From assembly GCA_044226625.1 (NCBI GenBank), contig JBGAGQ010000010.1, positions 69,813-133,812 on the forward strand: a stretch of 64,000 nt of DNA, given 5' to 3'. Position 1 is the stretch's first letter; each line of letters opens with the position of its first letter. Below the pieces are notes generated by a model that saw only the letters and a program-made list of their open reading frames with translations, searched no databases and was not told the DNA's origin. Source of the DNA: Thermoanaerobaculia bacterium. GTDB taxonomy: Bacteria; Acidobacteriota; Thermoanaerobaculia; Multivoradales; UBA5704. The position numbers and the translations under genes are program-made. Positions 9,622-19,109 of this stretch are shown here, piece after piece.

Positions 9622-11964
9622 ATGGAAACCCAAGTCCTCGGGGAGCGCGTCCCCAGAAACGAAGACGCCCGCCTGCTCTCCGGCCGCGCTCTGTTCATCG
9701 ACGACCTCGACCTTCCCGGCATGGCGCACGTGGCGTTCCTGCGCAGCCCGCACGCGCACGCGCGGCTCCTCTCCGTCGACACGTCCCGCGCCAAGACGCG
9801 CCCGGGGGTCTTCGCGATTTACACCGCAGAAGACCTCGGCGACTACTGGCGCCCCGGGCCGCTGCTCGTGCCGCCGCCGCCCGTTCCCGGGATGACGTTT
9901 CACGAGCGCACCCAGGTGCCGCTCGCCAAGGGCAAGGTGCGCCAGACCGGCGAGCCGATCGCCGTCGTGGTCGCCGCCTCGCGCTATCTCGCCGAGGACG
10001 CGCTCGAAGAGATCGAGGTCGAGTACGAGCCGCTCCCCGCGGTGATCGATCTCGAACGCGCGCTCGAGCCCGGCTCGGCGCTCGTCCACGAAGACGTGGG
10101 GACGAACATGGCCGCCCACGTGCCGCAGAAGAAAGGGGATTACGCGGCGGCGCGCGCCCAGGCGGACCTCGTCCTCTCGCGCCGCTTCTCCTACGACCGC
10201 GGGGCCTCGGCCGCGATCGAAAACCGCGGCGTGGTCGCCCAATGGGACGGCCGCGCCGAGCGCCTCACCGTCTGGGATACGACCCAAGCGCCGATCCCGA
10301 TCCGCAACGGTCTCGCCGCGATGCTCGGCCTGTCCGAGCACCAGGTGCGCGTGGTGGCACCGTTCATCGGCGGCGGCTTCGGGCCGAAGATCATGATGTT
10401 CTATCCGGAGGAGGTCCTGATCCCCTGGATCGCAAAGCGGCTCGAACGGCCGATCAAGTGGATCGAGGACCGCGCCGAGAATTTCCTGGCGACGACCCAG
10501 GAGCGCCTGCAGATCCACGACGCCGAGATCGCGCTCTCGAAAGACGGCCGCATCCTCGGGGTCAAGGACTCGTTCCTTCATGACACGGGCGCCTACGATC
10601 CCTACGGACTCACCGTGCCGCTCAACAGCCAGTGCACGCTGATGGGGCCGTACGACATCCCGGCCTACGACAGCGAGTTCCGCGCCGTCTTCACCAACAA
10701 GCCGATCGTCACGCCGTACCGCGGCGCCGGCCGGCAGCACGGCGTGTTCGTCATCGAGCGCCTGCTCGATCTCGCCGCGCGCGAGCTGGGGATTTCCCCG
10801 ATCGAGATCCGGCGGAAGAACTTCCTCACCCCCGACCAGTTTCCGCACGACCACGTGATCATCTATCAAGATTTCGCGCCGCTCTATTACGACAGCGGCA
10901 ACTATGCGCCGGTGCTCGACAAGGCGCTCGCGATGATCGGTTACGAAAGCTTTCGATCGGAAGAGCAGCCGCGCCTCCGCGCGGCGGGAAAGACCGCGGG
11001 GATCGGCGTCGTCGCTTACGTCGAGGGGACGGGGATCGGCCCGTTCGAAGGGTCGCGCGTCCAGGTGCAGACGAACGGCAAGGTGACCGTGGTCACCGGT
11101 GTCGGCACGCAGGGTCAAGGGCATTTCACCGTCCTCGCCCAGGTCGCGGCCGAGCAGCTGGGCGTTGCGGTCCGCGACATCGAGGTGGTAACGGGCGACA
11201 CCGACCGCTTCCACTGGGGGACCGGCACGTTCGCGAGCCGTGGCGCGGTGGTCGCGGGTAACGCCGTCCACGAGGCGGCAAAAAAGGTGCGAGAGAAGGC
11301 GATCCGCCTCGCGGCCGAGAAACTCGGCGTCGAGGAGGCCGAGATCGAGCTCGCCGAAGGCAAGGTGCGCGTCGTCGCCGACCCGGGGCACTCGATGCCT
11401 CTTTCCGAGCTCGCCTCGCTCGCGAACCCCATGCGCGGAGCGGTCAAGCCCGGCGCCGAGCCGGGCCTCGAGGCGACCGCCTATTTCGGACCCTACCGCG
11501 GAGCCACCGCGAGCGGCGTCCACGCGATGATCGTCGAGGTCGATCCCGAGACGATGCAGATCGAGGTGAAGAAATACGTCGTGGTCCACGACTGCGGCCG
11601 CGTGATCAATCCGCTCCTGGTCGACGGCCAAGTCCACGGCGGCGTGGCGCAGGGGATCGGCAACGCCTGGTACGAGCAGCTCGTCTTCGACGACAACGGC
11701 CAGCTCACCAACGCTTCGTTCATGGACTTTCTTCTTCCGACCGCCCTCGACGTCCCGCGCGTCGACGTCGGCCACGAGGAGACCGTCTCCCCCCTAAACG
11801 CCCTCGGCACGAAAGGCGCGGGAGAAGCAGGAACCATCCCCGTCGGCGCCCTCTTCGCCCAAGCTCTCGAAGACGCCCTCGCCATCCCCGGCCTCGAGAT
11901 CAACGAGATCCCGTTGAAGCCGAGCCGGTTGTGGGAGCTGGCGGAGGGTGTGAAGGGGAAGTGA
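9622..11964 (+). CDS. Xanthine dehydrogenase family molybdopterin-binding large subunit (CoxL/CutL form II-like)
   Basis: RSPHAHA, GGGFGPK, PYRGAGR active-site loop, GQGHFT, HDCG...INP...GQVHGG, KGAGEAG. Confidence 0.92.
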   Translation: METQVLGERVPRNEDARLLSGRALFIDDLDLPGMAHVAFLRSPHAHARLLSVDTSRAKTRPGVFAIYTAEDLGDYWRPGPLLVPPPPVPGMTFHERTQVPLAKGKVRQTGEPIAVVVAASRYLAEDALEEIEVEYEPLPAVIDLERALEPGSALVHEDVGTNMAAHVPQKKGDYAAARAQADLVLSRRFSYDRGASAAIENRGVVAQWDGRAERLTVWDTTQAPIPIRNGLAAMLGLSEHQVRVVAPFIGGGFGPKIMMFYPEEVLIPWIAKRLERPIKWIEDRAENFLATTQERLQIHDAEIALSKDGRILGVKDSFLHDTGAYDPYGLTVPLNSQCTLMGPYDIPAYDSEFRAVFTNKPIVTPYRGAGRQHGVFVIERLLDLAARELGISPIEIRRKNFLTPDQFPHDHVIIYQDFAPLYYDSGNYAPVLDKALAMIGYESFRSEEQPRLRAAGKTAGIGVVAYVEGTGIGPFEGSRVQVQTNGKVTVVTGVGTQGQGHFTVLAQVAAEQLGVAVRDIEVVTGDTDRFHWGTGTFASRGAVVAGNAVHEAAKKVREKAIRLAAEKLGVEEAEIELAEGKVRVVADPGHSMPLSELASLANPMRGAVKPGAEPGLEATAYFGPYRGATASGVHAMIVEVDPETMQIEVKKYVVVHDCGRVINPLLVDGQVHGGVAQGIGNAWYEQLVFDDNGQLTNASFMDFLLPTALDVPRVDVGHEETVSPLNALGTKGAGEAGTIPVGALFAQALEDALAIPGLEINEIPLKPSRLWELAEGVKGK

Positions 11965-12024
11965 GCCGCCAAACGAGTTCGGCCGGAGGAGGTTTTCGGC
12001 AAGCGCGCTAGAATCGCCGACGCA

Positions 12025-12264
12025 ATGTTCGATCCGCAAAAGGCTTTCGAAACCCATCGCGGCGAGGTCGCTCGCCTCGTCGACAGCTATCGCACGCGAT
12101 GTCTCTGGTTTCTGCGAGAGGATTTCTACCCGACCAACGCCGAGGAGGCCGTCCGCGTCCTCTCGCAAATCGAGCGCAACGCCGACCTCGAAGGGTTCCG
12201 GCGCGCGGCCCGGCTTCGCTCATGGCTCTCACCGACTTCCAGCGCACCGTCTGCCGCCTCTTAG
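12025..12264 (+). CDS. Small protein, putative antitoxin of the adjacent nucleotidyltransferase
   Basis: 79 aa, RCLWFLRED motif, overlaps the downstream gene; TAGAAT 10 nt upstream. Confidence 0.6.
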   Translation: MFDPQKAFETHRGEVARLVDSYRTRCLWFLREDFYPTNAEEAVRVLSQIERNADLEGFRRAARLRSWLSPTSSAPSAAS

Positions 12265-13034
12265 CGGCCCATCGCGTGGCGTCCGGGGAGAGCTACGTCG
12301 CGGGCGGGGTGGCGCTCAACGAATGGCTCGGCGCACCGCGGCTGTCGCGCGACGTGGACCTTTTCCACGATACGGAGAGCGCCGTCGAACGGAGCTGGAA
12401 CGAAGACCGTGCGCTCCTCGTCGAGTCGGGCTTCGCGGTCCTCCCAGTGCGGGAGCGTCCAGGGTTCGTCGAGGCGGAGGTCCAAAGGGGCGGCGCTTCG
12501 TTGCACCTCGAATGGGTACGCGACAGCAGTTTCCGCTTCTTCCCCCTCGTCGAGCATGCTGAGCTCGGCCTCACCCTCCACCCCTTCGACCTCGCGACGA
12601 ACAAGCTGCTCGCCCTGGTCGGGCGTCGCGAAGTCCGCGACTGGATCGACGTCCTCGAATGCCATGCGCGCTTGCAACATCTCGGCTACCTCGCTTGGGC
12701 CGCCTGTGGCAAAGACCCCGGCTTCTCTCCGACGACACTCATCGAACACTCGGCGCGCGGCGGAAGGTTCACGGCGCCGGAGGTGGCAAGCCTCGCCTTC
12801 GTAGGGTCCGCTCCCGATCTCGGCTCCTTCTCCCGAGCGTGGCACGCGGCGATCGAAGAGGCCCGTCAACTGGTCGCCGTCCTGCCCGCGGCGGAAGCGG
12901 GAAACTGCGTCCTCGACGCCGAGGGGAAGCTTCTACGCGTCGGGCCCGTCGGCCTCCCGGCGGCCATCTCTCGTGGAGAGGTTCGATTCCACGCCGGTAG
13001 CATCCGGGGGGCTTTTCCGACGCTGATGGCGTAA
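12222..13034 (+). CDS. AbiEii-like nucleotidyltransferase (type IV TA toxin-like)
   Basis: AGGVAL...RLSRDVDLF catalytic signature; NKLLALVGR...RDWID. Confidence 0.75.
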   Translation: MALTDFQRTVCRLLAAHRVASGESYVAGGVALNEWLGAPRLSRDVDLFHDTESAVERSWNEDRALLVESGFAVLPVRERPGFVEAEVQRGGASLHLEWVRDSSFRFFPLVEHAELGLTLHPFDLATNKLLALVGRREVRDWIDVLECHARLQHLGYLAWAACGKDPGFSPTTLIEHSARGGRFTAPEVASLAFVGSAPDLGSFSRAWHAAIEEARQLVAVLPAAEAGNCVLDAEGKLLRVGPVGLPAAISRGEVRFHAGSIRGAFPTLMA

Positions 13035-13192
13035 GACGACGACGTTGCGAACCTGGATCCCTGGGGCCGCTGACAGCTCGCCGGCGCTTCTGTCGAGCGA
13101 GGACCCAGCGAAACGTCTGCCGCCTCGTAGCGGCCGAAAAGGGCGCACCAAACACGCCTAAAGTGCGCTCAACCTTGAGCCTCTCGAAACAC

Positions 13193-13219
13193 GGCTGGCG
13201 CCTTCCGGCGCCAGCCTTT
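13193..13219. terminator. GC hairpin, probable (bidirectional) terminator
   Basis: GGCTGGCGCC-TTCC-GGCGCCAGCC perfect 10-bp stem followed by TTT on +. Confidence 0.65.
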
Positions 13220-13274
13220 GCTTCTACACCATGGAACACACTGTTTCAATCCGCGCCCCTCCGAGAGAGGCGGC
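13193..13274 (-). ncRNA. Putative crRNA-like RNA (solitary repeat, 26-nt guide, hairpin)
   Basis: 13274-13243 reads GCCGCCTCTCTCGGAGGGGCGCGGATTGAAAC, 23/32 identical to the array repeat with the stem and GGATTGAAAC end kept; guide AGTGTGTTCCATGGTGTAGAAGCAAA follows. Confidence 0.75.
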
Positions 13275-13277
13275 CAG

Positions 13278-13332
13278 TTCAGTGTATACCACGGTCTAGG
13301 GGGTTGACTTTAGCTTTGGAGACGCCGAAAAT
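13278..13332 (+). promoter_or_regulatory. TTC-PAM target of the crRNA-like guide next to a predicted sigma70 promoter
   Basis: TTC (13278-80), then AGTGTATACCACGGTCTAG matching the guide 15/19; TTGACT-N17-GAAAAT at 13304-13332. Confidence 0.6.
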
Positions 13333-13460
13333 AAATCGGCCCCGGAGGAGGACGAGTCCTCTAGGGCCGCGGAGATTCAACCGGGCCGAGGTAGGCACCA
13401 GCTGAAATCGCACAGTAGCAGTGTACCTGCCGAGGTCCTTCCAATTCAAGGAGGAGCGCG

Positions 13461-13634
13461 GTGAAAAGGCCCGACTGGGTCGTCCGGCTGCTGGTGGAGT
13501 TGCTCCGTCCTCAACTTCCCCGAAGCTGGACATTCACCCTTGGGCTCCGACGGGCGGACCGTCGGAGCCCAGGTTCTCGCGTAAACGACCTGATGCGAAA
13601 TCAAATTCAACGGAATCATCCAGCCCTGGGTTGA
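13461..13634 (+). CDS. Unannotated 57-aa mini-ORF ahead of cas3
   Basis: AAGGAGG at 13448-54, GTG AAA AGG start, TGA abutting the cas3 ATG at 13635; internal 13-bp hairpin 13541-13571. Confidence 0.4.
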   Translation: MKRPDWVVRLLVELLRPQLPRSWTFTLGLRRADRRSPGSRVNDLMRNQIQRNHPALG

Positions 13635-15824
13635 ATGCTCGTAATGCGGCCAGGCAAGTTCTACTCCCATACCCTCCTCGGTCGCCCTCAATCGGAGTGG
13701 GAGCGACTCGAAGAGCACCTGGTTCAGGTAGCCGAGAAGGCGTCCGAGTTTGCCTCGGTATTTGGAGCCTCCGAATGGGGCCATCTTGCGGGGCTGTGGC
13801 ACGACCTGGGGAAATACCGGAGATCCTTCCAGGAGTACCTCGATCGGACGGGAGCGGTCGGATTCGAGGCGACCCAAGAGCAAGCTGCGGGCCGAGTCGA
13901 TCACTCGACGGCGGGGGCGCAGGTCGCCGTCGAGCGGCTCGGTCCCTTCGGGAAGGTACTCGCCTACGTGATCGCCGGGCATCACGCGGGCTTGCCGGAC
14001 GGGCTCGGCGGACAGAGCTCCTTAGAAGCGAGACTTGCAAAAGCCGAGGTGATGGCCGACCTCGATCTGGCCGCGATACCGGGGGCGATCCTGAACGCTT
14101 CATGCCCCGGGAGCCGGCCACCTTCCCGAAATGCCGAGGAAGCGCACCTTTGGGTGCGATTCCTGTTCTCCGCGCTCGTCGACGCGGATTCCTTGGCGAC
14201 CGAAGCGTTCGTCGATCCGGAAAAGTCGCGCCTCCGTTCAACTCATCCCGAACCCGGACCGCTCTTAGAGGTTCTCGAACGACATCTTTCGGCGAAGTTC
14301 GGTGAGCCACGGACGGAAGTTCAACGCATCCGTCGCGAGATTCTCAGAGCATGTATCGAAAACGCGCAGCTATCGCCGGGCGTCTTTTCGCTTACGGTTC
14401 CCACGGGGGGAGGAAAGACCCTCTCGTCGCTCGCGTTCGCTCTTCGCCACGCAAGCCTGCACGGCCAGCGGCGAGTGATCTACGCGATTCCCTACACCAG
14501 CATCATCGAACAGACGGCCACGACCTTCCGCGAGATTTTCGGGGAGTGGGTCTTGGAGCACCATAGCAATCTGGATCCGGAGGACTCCTCGCGCGAGACC
14601 CTTCGGGGCACGTTGGCCGCAGAGAACTGGGACGCGCCGATCGTCGTCACCACCAACGTCCAGTTGTTCGAGTCCGTGTTTTCGGCGCGCAGGACCCGTT
14701 GCCGAAAGCTCCACCGCCTGGTCCGATCGGTGATCGTCCTCGACGAGGCCCAGCTCCTTCCTCCGGAGTTCCTCAAACCGATCCTTCACGTCCTTCGCGG
14801 TCTGGTGCGCGACTACGGCGCCTCGGTAGTCATCTCGACCGCGACCCGGCCGGCGCTCGATCTCGGTGAAATTCGGGAGCTGGCATCCGATCCGGCGGAT
14901 CTCGACCGACGACTCCGGCGGGTGCGCTACGAGTGGCCGAAATCGCGCGAACCGAGAACCTGGGACGAGATCGCCGACCGTCTGACGGCTCACTCGAGCG
15001 TCCTCTGCGTCGTCAACCGCCGCGACGACGCCCGGCAGTTGGTGGGCTTGTTGCCGGAGGACACGGTACATCTCTCGGCGCTGATGTGCGGAGCGCATCG
15101 CTCGGAGAAAATCGCCGAAATCAAACGGTGTTTGGCGGAACGCAGGCCTGTTCGGGTCGTCAGCACCCAGCTGGTCGAGGCCGGGGTCGATCTCGATTTT
15201 CCGGTGGTCTATCGCGCATTCGCCGGGCTGGACTCGATCGCGCAGGCCGCCGGACGCTGTAACCGCGAAGGTCGGCTGGATGGCCCTGGCCGAGTGGTTG
15301 TGTTTCACCCTCCCAAGGGCTCGCCACCCGGATTGCTCCGCAAGGCGGAGGACACCGCCGCGGAGTTGATCGGCGACCGCGCGCCGGAGTTCCTGGAGCC
15401 GGACCTGTTCACCCGCTATTTCGACCTCCTGTACCGAACCAAGGTCGACGATCTCGACAAGCACGGAATCTTGGACCTGTTGGGCAAGAACGCCCGTGCG
15501 CTCGACGTCCAGTTTCGCGAGGCGGGCGAGCGATTCCGACTGATCGAGGAATCGGGTTACCGGCCGGTCTTGGTCGCCTGGCGCGACGGCGCCGGTCTCC
15601 TCCGCGAATTTCGACGCCGAGAACCCGATCGGAGTCTGTTTCGGCGCGCACAGCGCTACGTCGTCACGTTGCCGCCGTGGCAGCTCGGAGCGCTCGAAAA
15701 GGCCGGGGCAGTTCGTGAGATCGCTCCCGGCTTCTTCGGTCAAGAACATTCGCTCCTGTACGACGAGAAGCTGGGGCTGCTTACGACCGTGCCCGAGTTT
15801 CGAGCTGAAGACCTGGTCGTATGA
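13635..15824 (+). CDS. cas3: Type I-C Cas3 HD nuclease-helicase
   Basis: HDLGK HD motif, PTGGGKT, DEAQ, TQLVEAGVD, QAAGRCNR; start 13635 or 13644. Confidence 0.97.
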   Translation: MLVMRPGKFYSHTLLGRPQSEWERLEEHLVQVAEKASEFASVFGASEWGHLAGLWHDLGKYRRSFQEYLDRTGAVGFEATQEQAAGRVDHSTAGAQVAVERLGPFGKVLAYVIAGHHAGLPDGLGGQSSLEARLAKAEVMADLDLAAIPGAILNASCPGSRPPSRNAEEAHLWVRFLFSALVDADSLATEAFVDPEKSRLRSTHPEPGPLLEVLERHLSAKFGEPRTEVQRIRREILRACIENAQLSPGVFSLTVPTGGGKTLSSLAFALRHASLHGQRRVIYAIPYTSIIEQTATTFREIFGEWVLEHHSNLDPEDSSRETLRGTLAAENWDAPIVVTTNVQLFESVFSARRTRCRKLHRLVRSVIVLDEAQLLPPEFLKPILHVLRGLVRDYGASVVISTATRPALDLGEIRELASDPADLDRRLRRVRYEWPKSREPRTWDEIADRLTAHSSVLCVVNRRDDARQLVGLLPEDTVHLSALMCGAHRSEKIAEIKRCLAERRPVRVVSTQLVEAGVDLDFPVVYRAFAGLDSIAQAAGRCNREGRLDGPGRVVVFHPPKGSPPGLLRKAEDTAAELIGDRAPEFLEPDLFTRYFDLLYRTKVDDLDKHGILDLLGKNARALDVQFREAGERFRLIEESGYRPVLVAWRDGAGLLREFRRREPDRSLFRRAQRYVVTLPPWQLGALEKAGAVREIAPGFFGQEHSLLYDEKLGLLTTVPEFRAEDLVV

Positions 15825-15857
15825 ACCGAGTGTCCGAACCAAGAAAGGACGGTGCGA

Positions 15858-16523
15858 ATGCCTCTGCATTGTCTCGAAGTCTGGGGTGACTTCGCCTGCT
15901 TTACCCGACCGGAGATGAAGGTGGAGCGCGTTAGCTATGACGTGATGACGCCCTCCGCCGCGCGTGCGATCTTCGAGGCGATCCTCTGGCGGCCCGCGAT
16001 CCGGTGGCGCATCCATCGCATCGACGTGCTGCAGCCGATCCGCTGGCTTTCGTTTCGCCGCAACGAAGTCGGCGCCGTCGTGCCCGTCGGGAGCGTCAAG
16101 AGCGCGATGAAATCAGGGACCGGGTGCCTGGCCCTGAACGTCGAGGACGAACGACAGCAACGGGCTGGTCTCCTGCTGCGCGACGTGCGGTACCGGATCT
16201 CCGCCTCGTTCTCCATGACCGGCAAGGCGGGGCCTGCGGAGACTGAAGGGAAGTTCGCCGAGATGTTTCGGCGCCGGGCTCGGAAGGGGCAGACCTTCAA
16301 CCAGCCCTACCTAGGGTGCCGCGAGTTCGCCTGCGGTTTTCGTTACGTCGAGGATCCGACCCGTGAACGCCCGCCCATTGAGGAGAGCCGACACCTCGGT
16401 TTGATGCTCTACGACCTCGATTTCTCCGACCCCGCCGAACCCAATCCCGCGTTCTTCGACGCCCGTTTGGGGCGCGGGACTCTGGAAGTCCCCGACTGGG
16501 AAAGCGCCGAGGTGCTGAGGTGA
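15858..16523 (+). CDS. cas5c: Type I-C Cas5 (Cas5c/Cas5d)
   Basis: WGDFACFTRPEMKVERVSYDVMTPSAARAIFEAILW, PYLGCREF. Confidence 0.97.
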   Translation: MPLHCLEVWGDFACFTRPEMKVERVSYDVMTPSAARAIFEAILWRPAIRWRIHRIDVLQPIRWLSFRRNEVGAVVPVGSVKSAMKSGTGCLALNVEDERQQRAGLLLRDVRYRISASFSMTGKAGPAETEGKFAEMFRRRARKGQTFNQPYLGCREFACGFRYVEDPTRERPPIEESRHLGLMLYDLDFSDPAEPNPAFFDARLGRGTLEVPDWESAEVLR

Positions 16524-18217
16524 TCCTGCAGGCGCTCTGCGACTATTACAGGCGGAAATCGTCGGACGACGAGGCCGAGGTTGCCCCACCAGGTTTTGAG
16601 CACAAGGAAATCCCCTTCGTTCTCGTGCTCGACCGAGAGGGGCGCCTGGTGCAAATCGACGACCTCCGGTCGCCCGACGGCAAAAGGGCCAAGAGACAAC
16701 TGGTCCCCCAGGCGGTCAAACGCACGGTTGGCGTGTCGGCGAATCTCCTGTGGGACAGCCTCGAATACGCCCTCGGTTACGACTCGCGGGGCCGGGCGGA
16801 GAGGGTGGCCCGGCAGCACGCCGATTTCCGGCAACGAATCGATCGGCTTCCCGGCGATGACGAGGCGCTTGCCGCGGTCAAGATTTTCCTGGCGGGCGAC
16901 CCTCTGGAAGAGACTCGGCGTGCGTCCCTGTGGCCCGAGCTCGCCGAGGGGAACCCCCTGGTGACCTTTCGACTCGCCGACGATCCCGAGCTCGTGTCGC
17001 AGCGGTCCGCCGTTCGAGGGCTGCTCACCGGCGGTGAGCCCCGCGAGGTCGAGGCCCGTTGCTCGATCACCGGTCGGCTCGACGCGATTTCGCGGCTTCA
17101 TCCTTCGATCAAGGGTGTTCGAGACGCCCAACCGACCGGCGCGAGCCTGGTTTCCTACAACGAGCCCGCTTTCCGTTCCTTCAACAAGGACCAGGGCGCG
17201 AACGCTCCCGTGGGTGAGGAGGCCGTGTTCGCTTACACGACCGCCTTGAATCACCTCTTGCGGCCGGGCTCGTCCCAACGAATCCAGCTGGGCGACGCGA
17301 CGACCGTTTTCTGGTCCGAGAAGGCGAGCGGCGGCCTCGTCGAGCGGGCCTTCACGTCCTGGTTCGACCCCCCGCGTGACGATCCGGACGCCAACGTCGA
17401 GAGCGTTCGCGCTCTCTACGAGTTTCAGCGCGGGCGACCCTTGACCGACGATGATCAGCAGCGCTTTTTCGTGCTTGGCTTGGCGCCGAACGCCGCGCGC
17501 CTGGCCGTTCGCTTTTGGCAGGTAGCGACCATTGCCGACTTGGGGCAGCGGATCTTCGAACATTTTTCCGCGCTCGAGATCGTCCTGCCTCCCAAGAGCC
17601 CTCGGTATCCCTCTCTTCCGCAACTACTCGCTTCGATCGCGGTCCAGGGCAAGCTCAAGAACGTTCCTCCTGGGCTTGCGGGCGATTGGCTCCGCTCGAT
17701 CCTGTCCGGCTCGCCGTACCCGCACACTTTGCTCGAAGCGGCGATCCGCCGTTGCCGTGCCGAACAGGCCGTGACCCCCTCCCGCGCCGCGCTGATCAAG
17801 GCATCACTCATTCGATCGTCCCACCAACGAAAGGAGAATCTCGCCGTGTCGCTCGACCTGAGCAATGTGAATCCCGGGTACCGGCTCGGGCGGTTGTTCG
17901 CCGTGTTCGAAAAGCTCCAGGAGGACGCTCAGCCAGGAATCAACGCGACGATCCGCGACCGCTACTTTGCCTCGGCTTCCAGCAATCCGCTGGTTGCGTT
18001 TTCGACCCTCAATCGATTGAAGAACCACCACCTGGCGAAACTCTCGAATCGGGGTCTCGCGGTCGTCCGCGAAAAACTGATCGGCGAGATCATGTCCGGA
18101 ATCGATGCCAAGGATCCCTTTCCCGCGCGGTTGTCGCTCGCGGACCAGGGCCGCTTCGCCGTCGGCTACTACCACCAACGCCAAGCATTTTTCGAGAAGC
18201 AAGGAGGCAACGACTAA
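16520..18217 (+). CDS. cas8c: Type I-C Cas8c/Csd1
   Basis: [41 protein letters not shown]. Confidence 0.97.
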   Translation: MILQALCDYYRRKSSDDEAEVAPPGFEHKEIPFVLVLDREGRLVQIDDLRSPDGKRAKRQLVPQAVKRTVGVSANLLWDSLEYALGYDSRGRAERVARQHADFRQRIDRLPGDDEALAAVKIFLAGDPLEETRRASLWPELAEGNPLVTFRLADDPELVSQRSAVRGLLTGGEPREVEARCSITGRLDAISRLHPSIKGVRDAQPTGASLVSYNEPAFRSFNKDQGANAPVGEEAVFAYTTALNHLLRPGSSQRIQLGDATTVFWSEKASGGLVERAFTSWFDPPRDDPDANVESVRALYEFQRGRPLTDDDQQRFFVLGLAPNAARLAVRFWQVATIADLGQRIFEHFSALEIVLPPKSPRYPSLPQLLASIAVQGKLKNVPPGLAGDWLRSILSGSPYPHTLLEAAIRRCRAEQAVTPSRAALIKASLIRSSHQRKENLAVSLDLSNVNPGYRLGRLFAVFEKLQEDAQPGINATIRDRYFASASSNPLVAFSTLNRLKNHHLAKLSNRGLAVVREKLIGEIMSGIDAKDPFPARLSLADQGRFAVGYYHQRQAFFEKQGGND

Positions 18218-19104
18218 TGGCCCTCGAACACCGTTATGACTTCGTTCTACTTTTCGACGTTCAAGACGGCAACCCCAACGGCGACCCGGATGCCGGAAAC
18301 CTTCCGCGGATCGATCCCGAGACCGGCGAGGGTTTGGTGACCGATGTCTGCCTGAAGCGCAAGGTGCGCAACTTCGTCGGCTTGGTCAAGGGCGAGCAGC
18401 CTCCGTTCGAGATCTACGTCAAGGAGAAGGCGGTTCTCAACCAACAGCACGAACGGGCCTACGTGGCGATCGGGAAACAAGACCTCCTCAAGAAGGCCGA
18501 CGAGAAGGACAAGAAGAGAAAGGGCGGCGACGCCGTGGACGAGGCTCGCGCCTGGATGTGCAAGAACTTTTACGACGTACGCACCTTCGGGGCGGTCATG
18601 TCCACCGGTACCAATTGCGGCCAAGTCCGCGGCCCGATCCAGATCACTTTCGGCCGTTCGGTCGCGCCGGTCGTGTCGCTCGAGCACTCGATTACCCGGA
18701 TGGCGGTCACCACCGAGAAGGAAGCCGAAGAACAGGCGGGTGACAACCGGACCATGGGCCGTAAGTTCACCGTTCCTTACGGTCTCTACCGTACTCACGG
18801 TTTCGTCTCGGCGCACCTGGCCGACCAGACGGGATTTTCGCCCGAGGATCTCGACCTTTTCTGGCAAGCGTTGACCCAGATGTTCGAGCACGATCGGTCG
18901 GCCGCTCGCGGTCAGATGGCGACCCGCAGGCTCTATGTGTTCGAGCACGCTTCGAAGCTCGGCAACGCGCCCGCCCACGCCCTGTTCGACCGCGTCTCGG
19001 TCGGATTGAGAGAGTCGGGGCGGCCGGCTCGGAGCTTCGAGGATTTCGAGGTCCGGATCGATCGCGAAGGACTGCCGGAGGGAGTGACGCTGCGCGAGAT
19101 GTAA
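18217..19104 (+). CDS. cas7c: Type I-C Cas7/Csd2
   Basis: [43 protein letters not shown]; AAGGAGG RBS and TAATG overlap. Confidence 0.97.
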   Translation: MALEHRYDFVLLFDVQDGNPNGDPDAGNLPRIDPETGEGLVTDVCLKRKVRNFVGLVKGEQPPFEIYVKEKAVLNQQHERAYVAIGKQDLLKKADEKDKKRKGGDAVDEARAWMCKNFYDVRTFGAVMSTGTNCGQVRGPIQITFGRSVAPVVSLEHSITRMAVTTEKEAEEQAGDNRTMGRKFTVPYGLYRTHGFVSAHLADQTGFSPEDLDLFWQALTQMFEHDRSAARGQMATRRLYVFEHASKLGNAPAHALFDRVSVGLRESGRPARSFEDFEVRIDREGLPEGVTLREM

Positions 19105-19109
19105 CCGCC

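Noticed and set aside
9430-11775. Long antisense ORFs (781 aa here; also 53080..55143, 60388..62160, 43854..45713)
   Set aside because: Shadow frames of well-supported genes in high-GC DNA, with no motifs
13374-13400. Possible second degenerate repeat (GATTCAACCGGGCC...) making a two-repeat mini-array
   Set aside because: Weak similarity and about 100 nt from the first repeat, too far for a spacer
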